Shown here one piece after another: positions 1 to 11,671 of a stretch of DNA of 64,000 nucleotides; the first letter of the stretch is position 1, and each line of letters starts with the position of its first letter. The stretch lies in contig NC_073384.1 in assembly GCF_028641065.1 (NCBI RefSeq), positions 72,044,001-72,108,000 of the forward strand, written 5' to 3'. The notes under the pieces are model-generated. The model worked only from the letters and a program-made list of their open reading frames with translations, made no database searches and was not told the DNA's origin. Both the position numbers and the translations under genes were made by a program. Source of the stretch: Leucoraja erinacea (lineage: Eukaryota).

Positions 1-1021
1 CGAGAGTTCCCCAATTTATCACTCGCGTTGTATCCAATTTGTGTCATAGACACACACGTAATAGAAAAGCTACCTGCATGCATATCCACTTTAAGATTAT
101 TTGTGGAATTATTCTTCACCAGCTCTTCAGGTATGGTGTCTCAGCAGTTGGTTTAAAACAAACGTTAATTAAATTGAGTCCACTTAGCACATATTTTTAT
201 GGGTAAGTTAGTCATAAAATTATTTTTTTCCCCACGTTAGATTCAATTGAGTTTATTTGTCATATGCCCTGGATATCCTCTGGAAGAATTCAATTCTTAG
301 TTCCACTTTAGACGCAAGAACAAAAAAAATGTACAATTATCAGTTATTTTAATGTGGTCAAGGAAAGAGCGTTCACGTCGCGGCCCTGTTTCCACCAATC
401 TTTCACCTCCACGCACAAGAAGCGACAGAGACAGACACCATTGTATGCACTGACTAAACTTTGTGCCTTCCACCACAGATGAATGCTGTGGCGGATGTTT
501 GTGTTAAATTTGTATTGTGTGTTCTTTTCTATTGTACCCCTGCTGGCAAATTCATTTCACTGCACTTTATTGTGAACGTGACGAATAAATCTGACTACTA
601 CTCACTACTGAGATGCCGAGAAGTGTGTTCTGCTCTGGCTGAACAACTTCTAATCTTGTGCGCGGACCACGACAATGCACAAAAAAAAAACAAAGTACAT
701 GGAAGAACTACATTTGTGCAAAGACTGGATGCTGAGGTAGGGTTATGATTAGGATCTGCAGGGTAGTTTAGGAGCCTGATGGTTGAACTTGCAGGTTACA
801 GTTCTCAGTCTCCTGTACCACCACCTTGATAGCAGCGGGAATGTGGTTTAGAATTTTGATGATAATAGCTTCCCTTTTCGTGGCAGCGCTGCTGTAGATC
901 ACTTAGATAGTTGGGAAGTCAGTAACCGTGATGGACTGTGCAATGTACACCACTTTCTGCCATCTCCTTCAAATTTCTGAACCAGGCCATAATGCAACCA
1001 GTCAATAAGCTCTCTACTGTG

Positions 1022-1243
1022 GACAGACACAAAATGCTGGAGTAACTCAGCGGGACGGGCAGCATCTCTGGAGAGAAGGAATGGGTGACGTTTCGGGTTG
1101 AGACCCTTCTCAGACTGAAGAAAGGTCTCGACCCGAAACGTCACCCATTCCTTCTCTCCAGAGATGCTGTCTGCCCCTCTGAGTTACTCCAGCATTTTGT
1201 GTCTATCCTCGGTGTAAACCAGCATCTGCAGTTCCTTCTTACA
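1022..1243. mobile_element. Penelope-derived fold-back (palindromic) short element with hammerhead motif
   Basis: gacacaaaatgctggagtaactcagcggg...cttctcaga|ctgaagaaaggtctcgacccgaaacgtc...gagttactccagcattttgtgtc; the arms are inverted copies. Confidence 0.8.
1115..1146 (+). ncRNA. Minimal type I hammerhead ribozyme motif (family 1)
   Basis: CUGAAGA-a-aggtc-tc-gaccc-GAAAC-GUC-accc: conserved core, stem II with a mismatch at its base, loopless palindromic stem III. Confidence 0.6.
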
Positions 1244-1819
1244 CAGCTGTTTACTGCAGACTTGTAGAAGTGTTTGGCAACATGCTAAATCTCCTCAAAC
1301 TTCTTGGTGAGCTTTCTTTGTGAATGCTTGGGAGATCATTCTTGAGTTGATTTTCACATTTTCGGGGCTAATAATATCATCCAATGTGCAACATCGCTTT
1401 TCGCATTTATTAAAAACATTATATTAAAAGCCTGTTACTCAACTTAATGCATGAATACATGCTGATATTTGCCAAGATGATCCATGCTTCGTAATTTCAT
1501 GGGGCACTCATGAAACAGAACTCAATCTGTTCACACACTTGTGGGGAATGCTTAGGCACCAGCAGACAGGTGTTCCCCCTCACCCAGATTGTCTCTCACC
1601 TCATGGCAGCCATTTGTGTTGCCGCTACATAATTACTATGGAGATTGTTTCTGCTTTGCTCTGACAACCATTATTTTATTCAATAGCTGCAAACTCTGTC
1701 GACAGCTGTTTCACAAACCAAGATTTTTAGTGCATGATTCAAAATGAAAACCACCTTAATTACTTTTATAAGTTCACTAGACCAAGTGCAGACCCGTTGG
1801 GTCTGTTTCCCCAACGGCG

Positions 1820-2625
1820 TTGGCGGGGGGGGGGGCTGCGGCTTCACACTAACCTTAACTGCCCCCCAAACACACAGGTGGGGGGAGGGGGGGGGGAGAG
1901 AAGAGGGGAGGGAAGGGAGAGGAGAAGGAGGAAACGGGACCGATTTTGGAGAGAAAGGAGAGCGGGGTAGGGGGTGAGAGAGGGGGATGGGGAGAGAGAT
2001 GTGGGGGGGGGGGGGGGGGAGGGGGGGGGGAGGGAGAGGGGAAAGGTGGGGAGGAGAGGGGAGGGGAGAAGGGAGGAGAGAGTGGGAAGAGTGGGGGAGG
2101 AGGAGGGAGGGGTAGGGGGGAGGGGAGGAGGAGGAGGGGTAGGGGGAGTGATGGAAAGAGGGACAGAGGGATAGGGGGAAGGGGCGGGGGGAGAGAGGGA
2201 AGTGGGTAGGGTAGAGGGGGAAGGGGGGGGGGGAGAGAGGGGATGGGAGAGGGGTGAGGAGAGGGGGAGAGGGGGAGGAGAGAAGGGGGAGAGAAGTGGA
2301 AGAGTGGGGAGGGAGGGACGGGTAGCAGAAGTGGTGGAAGAAGGACGGGGGAGTGGTGGAAGAGGAACAGAGGGGTAGGAGGAAGGGGTGGGGGAGAGAG
2401 GGGAAGGGAGGGGAAGAGAGAGGGGTGGGGGAGGAGAGGGGTGGGGTAAGGGGAGAGAAGTGGAAGAGTGGGGAGGGAGGGGTAGGGGGGGGTGGTGGAA
2501 GTGGGACAGAGGGGAAGGGGGGGGGCTGGGGGGAGAGAGGGAAGGGGGTGGGGGGAGAGAGGGAAGGGGGGGTGGGGGAGAGAGGGGATGGGTGGGAGAG
2601 GGGAGGGGGGTGAGGAGAGGGAAAC
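1820..2625 (+). repeat. G/A-rich low-complexity purine tract
   Basis: About 800 nt of almost only G and A, with many G runs; it generates the spurious Pro-rich and Gly-rich ORFs. Confidence 0.95.
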
Positions 2626-2626
2626 A

Positions 2627-3145
2627 TATAGAAACATAGAAATTAAGTGCAGGAGTAGGCCATTCGGCCCTTTGAGCCTGCACCACCATTCAATATGATC
2701 ATGGCTGATCATCCAACTCAGTATCCCGTACCTGCCTTCTCTCCATACCCTCTTATCCCTTTAGCCACAAGGGCCACATCTAACTCCCTCTTAAATATAG
2801 CCAATGAACTGGCCTCAACTACCCTCTGTGCCAGAGAATTCCAGAGATTCACCACTCTCTGTGTGAAAAAAGTTCTTCTCATCTCGGTTTTAAAGGATTT
2901 CCCCCTTATCCTTAAGCTGTGACCCCTTGTCCTGGACTTCCCCAACATCTGGAACAATCTTCCTACATCTAGCCTGCCCAACCCTTTAAGAATTTTGTAA
3001 GTTTCTATAAGATCCCCGCTCAATCTTCTAAATTCTAGCGAGTACAAGCCGAGTCCATCCAGTCTTTCTTCATATGAAAGTCCTGACATCCCAGGAATCA
3101 GTCTGGTGAACCTTCTCTGTACTCCCTCTATGGCAACAATGTCTT
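2627..3145 (-). mobile_element. CR1 (HER1-like) LINE, 5'-truncated 3' end
   Basis: ORF2 C-terminus [13 protein letters not shown]...RTRGHSLRI...FFTQRVVNLWNSL, followed by the 3' UTR and an (atagaaac)n tail. Confidence 0.9.
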
Positions 3146-4124
3146 TGAGCATTGGGCATTGTGACATCACACGATGGAACGTTCACCAGGGGCCGGGGCT
3201 GGTGCTGATTCTATGGGTGAGAAGCCAGTTTATGGAAAAGATGTCGGTGATTCTGCGTCTGGTTTTGGAGTTGCAGGGAATCAAAGGAAGAAAGGCTGCC
3301 GGCAGCCGTCCATGTAAATGGATCCATTCCAATTGGACATCTGCGAGCATTGGGCATTGTGATTGGATATCTGCGAGTATTGGGCATTGTGACATCACAC
3401 GATGGAAACGAATCAAAAGGAAGAAAGGCAGCCGGACGGCAGGCGGCAGCCACAGACTTTTATACAACTAGACCAAGTGCAGACCCGTTGGGTCTGCTCC
3501 CCCAATGATGTGATCCCCCAACCCAATATTCCACCATGCACCCGTCTCCTCCAATGGAACTGAAGCCGTTCCCAAATGTAAGATTCCAGCACTCCCCTGC
3601 CTCCCTCAGCAGTGGATTAAAAAAAAATCCAATTGCACCTTCCCTGCCTGCTGCAGCAGTGAAAGGTTCAGAGTGTTCCTATCTTGCAACTATGTTTTGA
3701 AGTGTGTGACAGCTGATAGGATGGAACAGCCGTCAACGAATCAAAACGAAGAAAGGCAGCCGGACGGCAGCGGGTCGGATGGGCACGAGAGACTTTATAT
3801 ATTAACTACTAGACCAAGTGCAGACTCCCCCAATGATGTGATCCCCCAACCCAATATTCCACCATGCACCCGTCTCCTCCAACGGAACTGAAGCCGTCCC
3901 AAATGTAAGATTCCAGCACTCCCCTGCCTCCCTCAGCAGTGGATTAAAAAAAAATTCCAATTGCACCTACCCTGCCTGCTGCAGCAGTGAAAAGTTCAGA
4001 GTGTTCCTGTCTTGCAACTTTGTTTCGAAGTGTGTTGGAGGCTGATAGGAAGGAGCAGCCGTCAACGAATCAAAAGGCAGAAAGGCAGCCGGACGGACGA
4101 TATAATGATAGATAGAAGATAGAT

Positions 4125-4583
4125 AGTTCAAAAGTGACAGGAGCAGAATTAGGCCATTTGGCCCATCAAGTCTACTCCGCCATTCAATAATGGCTGATCT
4201 ATCTTCCCTCTCAAACCAATTCTCCTGCCTTCCCCCCATAACCCCCGAGACCCGTACTAATCAATCATCTATCTATCTCTGCCTTAAAAATATCCACTGA
4301 CTTGGCCTCCACAGCCTCCTGTAGCAATGAATTCCACAGATTCACCACCTTCAGACTGAAGCAATTTCTCCTCATCTCCTTCCCAAAGGAACGTCCTTTA
4401 ATTCTGAGGTTATGACCTCTAATCCTAGACTCTTTCACCAGTGGAAACACCTTTTCCATATCCACTCTATCCAAGCCTTTCATTATGCTGTATGTTTCAA
4501 TGAGGTCCCCCCTCATCCTTCTAAACTCCAGCGAGTACAGGCCCAGTGCCGACAAACGCTCATCATATGTTAAACCGCTCATT
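4125..4583 (-). mobile_element. CR1 LINE 3' fragment
   Basis: ORF 4265-4582 [17 protein letters not shown]...VVNLWNSL. Confidence 0.9.
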
Positions 4584-5014
4584 CCATTTATTTAAAAAGT
4601 TGTGTAAATTTCCTGACGTTTTGATGGTGATGAGATTGGGTATAAGCACTACACATGGTTGCTGTTTAGAGCATCTATGAGGTTAACTCCCATGTTCAGT
4701 TTTTTGCTATTGTGCTTGATTAATTCTTGAATAGCTGACACCAGTAGTAAACATGGCAGCCCATCCAAGTCAAATCATGTTCTTGGATGAAAGACAATAA
4801 GCTTCTGTACAGAACAGCGACATAAAAAACAAGAAAGCTTGAAGCAATCAGAGTGCAATTCATAGGAAACCTATTAAATGAAAGTCCATTCGACTGTGGA
4901 GGACATTTCAAATTTGCTTCGAACTAAGCTTCTCCTTTAGGAGTTTTGCACAACATTATATTGTTGGACAGGATAAACCTTGGTGTACGGAATAAGGTTT
5001 AAACATTTGTTTAA

Positions 5015-5700
5015 AATCAGAATCAGAATTTATTCGCCAAGTATGTTTTGCAACATACGAGGAATTTCACTGGCCAGGTCAGTCATACTCCTACACATTC
5101 CTCACTGTGATGGAAGGCGGAATAAAGTTCAAGTCCTTCCTTTTGTTCTTCCTCGGTCGGGGGCCTCGAGCCCTCCGTTGACGGGACGGTCTTGACTCCC
5201 ATAGCCGGTGGCGTTCGGGCCCTCCACGTCGAGGCGTTGAGCTCCTGCACCAGGGGGATGTCAGCTCCCCCATGCTGGGCAATCGAACCTCTCGTCGGGG
5301 CTGGACGAACCTTCCGCGGGTGTTGGAGCTCCCGACTAGCCTCTCCCGAGACTGCGAGCCCTTGATGGTAAGTCCACGGTGATCACGGTGGGAGCGATCC
5401 CAGGCAAGGGATCCGCTCCGATGTTAAGTCCGCGCCCCGCGGTGGGGCTCAAGGCAGTTTGAGGAGGCCTCCAACTCCATCGATGGTAGGCCGCAGAGAC
5501 CGGGGAATGTGATCCGAAAATTGATCATATCTCCGGGAAGGTAGGAACTTGAAAAAAAGTTTCCCCCGATCCCCTGCCCCCTCCCCCACATAAAACATAC
5601 CGAAGTACATTAAAACAAGCATTTTAACGCACTAAAAAATAACAAAAAGAAAGAAAAAACGAACTGACTGCTGGCAGGGCAGCCATCTCCTGGTGGTCTT
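5015..5700 (-). mobile_element. GC-rich non-autonomous retroelement with Rex1/L2-type 3' tail
   Basis: Tail (atcaga)n-tttattcgccaagtatg...aggaatttc resembles the tails at 36260 and 24214; GC-rich body. Confidence 0.55.
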
Positions 5701-6629
5701 CTAAAAGGAGGATTTTAAAAGTGCCCATGTATAAGCTTGTCTAGAGGTGGCACTGTGGTTCAGTGCATTGTGTAACTGGCAGGAAGTAGAACCATTTAAT
5801 CTTGGGCACAGTAACATATCATGTAAAAAAACTCATTCACAACCGAATGATTTACATCAGCAAGGATCCCCTTACGGACTGAGACTTAGCAATCATGACA
5901 GGTAAATGGGAGAATAAAGTATTTGGGAAATAATACTTGAAAAAACGCAATCGTTATTTCGACAAACTGTTAAGCTTGGTAAGATCACAAGTGATAGGAG
6001 AAGAATTAGGCCATTCGGCCCATCAAGTCTACTCCACCATTCAATCATGGGTGGTCAATCTCTCCCTCCTAACCCCTTTCTCCTGCCTTCTCCCCATAAC
6101 CCCTGACACCTGCACTAACCAAGAATGTTCAAAGGTTTGTGCTTTTAAGTGCCTTGAATAAAGGCAAATTGATAGGTTTAATGAAGTGTTTTGATAAAGA
6201 GAAAGTACACAAAGTATTTCACTTCCAGTTGAAAGCAACCTGTGTGCTGTACACACAATGCCTGATGTAAACTACGACAGCAAGCGTGAATGCTTGTTGG
6301 CACAATCTCCCTTACCAGTAGGGGTATTCACAGTTTTGGCAAATTAATACCACTTAGTTTGCCAACACATTTCCCAGAACGTTGCTCGCTGGCTGCTGCA
6401 ATCACAATTAATTATTACATAAAATATGTAGGAGCCATTTCATGGCAGCTAATCTGTGAATGGATTGTGCATTCCTTTTAATTTCTCTTCCTTATGGATT
6501 CTGGCAGCAAGCAATGCTTGCTCATCACCTAACCCGAGTGCATAAATGCCAGGATTCACCAATTTCCTCAGCTGCATTACAATAAATAAATGTTACCTCT
6601 AGAAATAAATACAGGGATTCAAATATATA

Positions 6630-6985
6630 GACAATAGACAATAGGTGCAGGAGGAGGCCATTCGGCCCTTCGAGCCAGCACCGCCATTCAATGTGATCAT
6701 GGCTGATCATCCCCAATCAGTACCCCGTTCCTGCTTTCTCCCCATATCCCCTGACTCCGCTATCTTTAAGAGTCCTATCTAGCTCTCTTGAAAGCATCCA
6801 GAGAACCTGCCTCCACTGCCCTCTGAGGCAGAGAATTCCACAGACTCATAACTCTCTGTGAGAAAAAGTGTTTCCTCGTCTCCGTTCTAAATGGCATACT
6901 CCTTATTCTTAAACTGTGGCCCCTGGTTCTGGACTCCCCCAACATGTTTCCTGCCTCTAGCGTGTCCAAGCCTTTAACATGAATT
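6630..6985 (-). mobile_element. CR1 LINE 3' fragment
   Basis: RTRGHSLRI...FFSQRVMSLWNSLPQRAVEA with a (tagacaa)n tail. Confidence 0.85.
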
Positions 6986-7164
6986 CCCAAGATACAGTGA
7001 GATCCTGCTCTGCAAATTAAACTAGGTCTGTGCTAATCAATTCAAACTGAACTGAAATATTCTTGCACTGGAAACACCATTCAGTTTTAAATGGGTATAA
7101 AACATATATTGTTATTTCAGGCTGATGCCAGATAAAACAAGATTTTAAAGAAGCATTGTGCAGG

Positions 7165-7430
7165 AAGAAAATGCAGATGCTAGTAAAGATACAAAAAGCT
7201 GAATTAGCTCAACAGCATCTCTGGAGAAAAGGAACAGGTGACATTTCTGGTCGAGACCCTTCTTCAGACTGAGAGTCAGGGGAAAGGGAAACGAGAGATA
7301 TAGACGGTGATGTCGAGAGATATAGAACAAATGATTGAAAGATATGCAAAAAATTAATGATGATAAAGGAAACCGGCTGTGTTATCTGAGGCCCAGGTGA
7401 GAACGAGTATAGACAATGAGACTCAACAGA
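7165..7430 (-). mobile_element. Penelope-like element 3' fragment with degenerate hammerhead
   Basis: Same terminal sequence as 53562-53930; minus strand ctgaagaagggtctcgaccagaaatgtc. Confidence 0.7.
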
Positions 7431-7447
7431 TGACAAGGCACATTGTT

Positions 7448-7571
7448 TAAGAAGGAACTGCAGATGCTGGAGAATCGAAGGTACACAAAAAAGCTGGAGA
7501 AACTCAGCGGGTGCAGCAGCATCTATGGAGCGAAGGAAATAGGCAACGTTTCGGGCCGAAACCCTTCTTCA
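7448..7571 (-). mobile_element. Short hammerhead-bearing element (family 2) with 16-bp TSD
   Basis: Flanked by gacaaggcacattgtt and gacaagacacattgtt; minus strand CUGAAGA-a-ggguu-uc-ggccc-GAAAC-GUU. Confidence 0.8.
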
Positions 7572-9204
7572 GACAAGACACATTGTTCGTTTTGATGAAG
7601 GATGTGAATTCTGACAGCACGCAGTGCTTTATTCACTTTCTTTTAAGAATTATGATAAGATTAACATTGGGATATATGCACAGTTGAAATTTAAACAATC
7701 ATACAAAGATCTAAGTGGAAGTCTAGCCATAACATCACCTGTGCCAGAATATTTCTTTAGGCCAACGTTTGATGAGAGTAGTTCACGTTTAAATTATAGT
7801 GTTTTATTTGTAATTGTCCACTGTATATTGTGTTGTTACTTGCGGGCAGAGCACCAAGGCAAATTCCTTGTATGTATACAGACTTGGCTAATAACATTTA
7901 TTCAATTCAATTCAATTTATTCAAGATTTTATCCATTTTAGTGCATATAATCTATCCATTTCTATTGCAGATCTTATGAAAAACATTATGTTGCAACTGA
8001 TGCAATGGCATGGCAAACAACGTTAGAAAGGTGATTTAACTGCTAATTTTCAAGAAAGGCTATAATATGAGATTTCAGTAGGCACTTTCCTGGTGTCTCG
8101 TTTAAATGTACATGGTTCAATTTCAGCAAATGATCAGATACATCAAGTTGTAACAGTACTGATACGTGATCCTAGATTCAGAGCCTCTCAGGTCAGGTCA
8201 CTTCTTGGTAAATTGTTTGATAATTAACCCTAACCCCAATTAAATAATTTGCAGATGCTGCACAACTCCTTGATCAAATAAATACTTAAGTACAATCAAT
8301 GCATCATTCCACTCTTATGTTTCAGATATCCAAAATGGTGTAGATACTCCATGTTAATCTAGTATCTCTGCCAGGAATTCATGTGCTTGTACATTGTGGC
8401 TATGCCAACCTAGTTCATAACTGCTTTCATTCATTGAACTCTGACAACATATAGTCCAATTCAACTGTACGAAAGAACTGCAGATGCTGGTTTAAATCGA
8501 AGGTAGATACAAAATGCTGGAGTAACTCAGCGGGACGGGCAGCATCTTTGGAGAGAAGGAATGAGTGACGTTCTCGACCCGAAACATCGCCCATTCCTTC
8601 TCTCCAGAGAAGGAATGCCTGTCCCGCTGAGTTACTCCAGCATTTTGCGCCTACCTAGTCCAATGCATGATTAATTCAAGGAACACACAATACTAAATGT
8701 GCATTTAAAACAAACTGCTCGACTGAGGGCCCAGATGATTGGCATCCGCTGCAAATTCGTAATCCAAGCAAACCAAGCGGTGGGAAGTTTGATTTCCCGT
8801 TCCAAGATTACTTTAAATATTGTAATTCCACATTACCCTTTCATTTCACTCCTGTTATTGGGAAGAAGATATAGGAGCCTGAAAACTGTAATATCCAGGT
8901 TCAGGAGCAGCTACTTCCCGACAATCTTCAGGTTATGAAACACCACAGCCTCCAAAATAGGCTTCGAACTACACCGATTTGGGGACATTACTTTAGACTT
9001 TACTGCATCATTGTTTGTTTGTTTGTTTGACACATATTCAGATACACACACACACACACATATATGTAAATATATATGTTTAGGAAGGAACTGCAGATGC
9101 TGGTTTAAACCAAAGATAAACACAAAAAGCTGGAGTAACTCCGTGGGTCAGACAGCATCGCTGGTGGGTCGAGTCGGACGAGTCTGGGTCGCGTCTGAAG
9201 TTGG

Positions 9205-9895
9205 TGGAAAGGGACAAGAGCTTCAAATTCCGGGGGGGTGCACATCTCTGAAGATCTCTCCTGGTCCGAGAACACTGATGCAATTATAAAGAAAGCACAT
9301 CAGCGCCTCTACTTCCTGAGAAGTTTACGGAGTGTCGGTATGTCAAGGAGGACTCTCTCGAACTTCTACAGGTGCACAGTAGAGAGCATGCTGACCGGTT
9401 GTATCGTGGCTTGGTTCGGCAGCTTGAGCGCCCAGGAGCGGAAAAGACTCCAAAAAGTAGTAAACACTGCCCAGTCCATCATCGGCTCTGATGTCCCTAC
9501 CATCGAGGGGATCTATCGCAGTCACTACCTCAAAAAGGCTGGCAGCATCATCAAGGACCCACACCATCCTGGCCACACACTCATCTCCCCGCTACCTTCA
9601 GGTAGAAGGTACAGGAGCCTGAAGACTGCAACGTCCAGGTTCAGAAATAGCCGCTTCCCCACAGCCATCAGGCTATTGAACTCAACTCAAACAAAACTCT
9701 GAACATTAATAGACCATTATCTGTTTATTTGCACTTTATCTGTTTATTTATTCATGTGTGTGTATATTTATATAATGGTATATGGACACACTGATCAGTT
9801 CTGCATTCATGCCTACTATATTCTGTTGTGCTGAACCAAAGCAAGAATTTCATGGTCCTATCTGGGACACATGACAATAAACTATCTGAAATCTT
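9205..9895 (+). mobile_element. Rex1/Babar-type LINE 3' end
   Basis: ORF 9238-9702 KKAHQRLYFLRSLR...FYRCTVESMLTGCIVAWFG...LPSGRRYRSL...SRFPTAIRLLN, the typical Rex1 RT C-terminus. Confidence 0.85.
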
Positions 9896-10015
9896 GAAGG
9901 AAGGGTCTCTTGCTGCCCTTATTAATAGTCAAGCATATTGAGCGACTCCAGCTTTTTGTGTCTATCTTTGGAATATATATATATCGATATATATAAATAC
10001 CACAATATCTATATC

Positions 10016-10062
<47 letters not shown>

Positions 10063-10134
10063 TGAATATTCTTGTTGTTGTTTAGTATAGGTTTTACAGG
10101 GTACTATGTTTCCATATTCTGTTGTGCCGCTGCA

Positions 10135-10831
10135 AGGGCCTGTCCCATTTACGTGTCCTTGGCACGCAAATTACTCGACCTCGTGGTCGCTTTGAGCCGC
10201 GATGGTCCTGCGAAGGTCGGGCGCGATTACATGCGTACGCACAGCCGTCTGGAGCACGTGACGTCATTTGAAGATGGACACAAAATGCAGGAGTAACTCA
10301 GCGGGACCGGCAGCATCTTTGGAGAGAAGGAATGGGTGATGTTTCGGGTCAAGACTCTTCTTCAGTCTGAAAAGAAGGGGTTTGACCGGAAAAGTCACCC
10401 ATTGCTTCTCTCCAGTGATGCTGCCGGTCCCGCTGAGTTACTCCTGCATATTGTGTCTATCTTCAATTTTATTGGCCCCGCTCTGGGAGTAGAAGTGGGG
10501 GCGGATCCGGACCGCAACGGCCGTGAGCCCCAGGCCGAGTTCGGCGATCGTTTGCCTGCTTCTGCTGCTGTTGGAGGTGAGACGTTGCGTCGCGCCAGGG
10601 TCTTGGGCCTGTCCCACTTTGGCCGTCAGTTACGCGACAGGCCGTTGGCGCGCGAAGATTTTGTTCACTACAAAAATTTCGGAGCCCCACGCGATGTCGC
10701 GCACAACAACATACCCCTCCGCGCTTCTCAGTGGGACCGGCCCCGCGCGGCCACACGATGCCCGTGCGCCTCAACGCAACCACGAGGTCGCGTAATTTGA
10801 GTGCCAAGGACAGGTAAGTGGGACAGGCCCT
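10135..10831. mobile_element. PIF/Harbinger-type MITE carrying an internal Penelope-derived palindrome
   Basis: TIR agggcctgtccca...tgggacaggccct with subterminal inverted arms; internal gacacaaaatgcaggagtaactcagc... palindrome at about 10270-10465. Confidence 0.8.
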
Positions 10832-11671
10832 TAAGGATTTCATTGTTCCTTTTTGGGACATATGACAATAAAACATGCTTAATTAATAATAAATGCAGCA
10901 AGAGCGGCTGTTTATGTTTGAAGCAAATGAAAATTCAGCTCAGAATTCTGACACGATATCCAGTATTCCCTAAAGTATTCTGTATCCGTGCAGGAAATTA
11001 GAATGTGGCCTCCGTATTGCCACTAGCAAGGCCTCCCACAGGAACAATAAAGCAGAAACAGCAATGAGACAAAAAACACAACACACATTTATGTTAATCT
11101 TTCTGATGGGCCAGATCACATCCATGCACATCTGTTGAGGACAATGGTTCAACTTAAACCTCTTAATCAATATGCACGATTTTGAAGTCATCCAACTCAA
11201 AACTAGATCACTATTAAAGACTTGCACATGGTATTGGGTAACCATCTTCTCTTCCATATGTTATGCTGACAAAATGCTGCTGCCGTTTCTTAATGCCTTC
11301 TCCCTTTAAAAACTATGCTAATTTAAACGCAGCCTATGAAATCCACTATTAAAAACACATCTCCACGTGCATTGGTAAAATCAAGGATATAAATGAAAAA
11401 TTATCTTAGAAAAATATTGTGACGTTTTACACATTCCTCTACAAAGACAGGTGGGTTTGAGCCAGTGTACGCATGAGTGTGTATTCTCACTGACTGCCAA
11501 TTTTGTTTGCACAAATGAAAGCGACTCTGACAGTATTATATACTGCTCTCAAGAGGAAACTGTGAAGCTCAAATACCCTTCAGGGATGGAATATTCTCCG
11601 GGATGGAAGAATTTGCAAATTAATAAAGAATCAGTAAAAGGACAAACAGTTCTTCTAAACGTGAAGCTAGA

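Larger units (their letters stand above)
1777..4120 (-). mobile_element. Three head-to-tail non-autonomous Helitron-like units (first unit interrupted by a purine tract and a CR1 fragment)
   Basis: Minus-strand 3' ends cagacccaacgggtctg(hairpin)-cacttggt-CTAG|T at 1777 and 3468; the copy at 3809 has the hairpin deleted. The 5' ends are tatataaaagt-like. Units 3468-3808 and 3809-4120 are direct repeats. Confidence 0.6.

Noticed and set aside
1680-2712. Long Pro-rich and Gly/Glu/Arg-rich ORFs (extensin/formin-like)
   Set aside because: They are open in nearly all frames because the G/A tract cannot encode stops; no splice or domain support.
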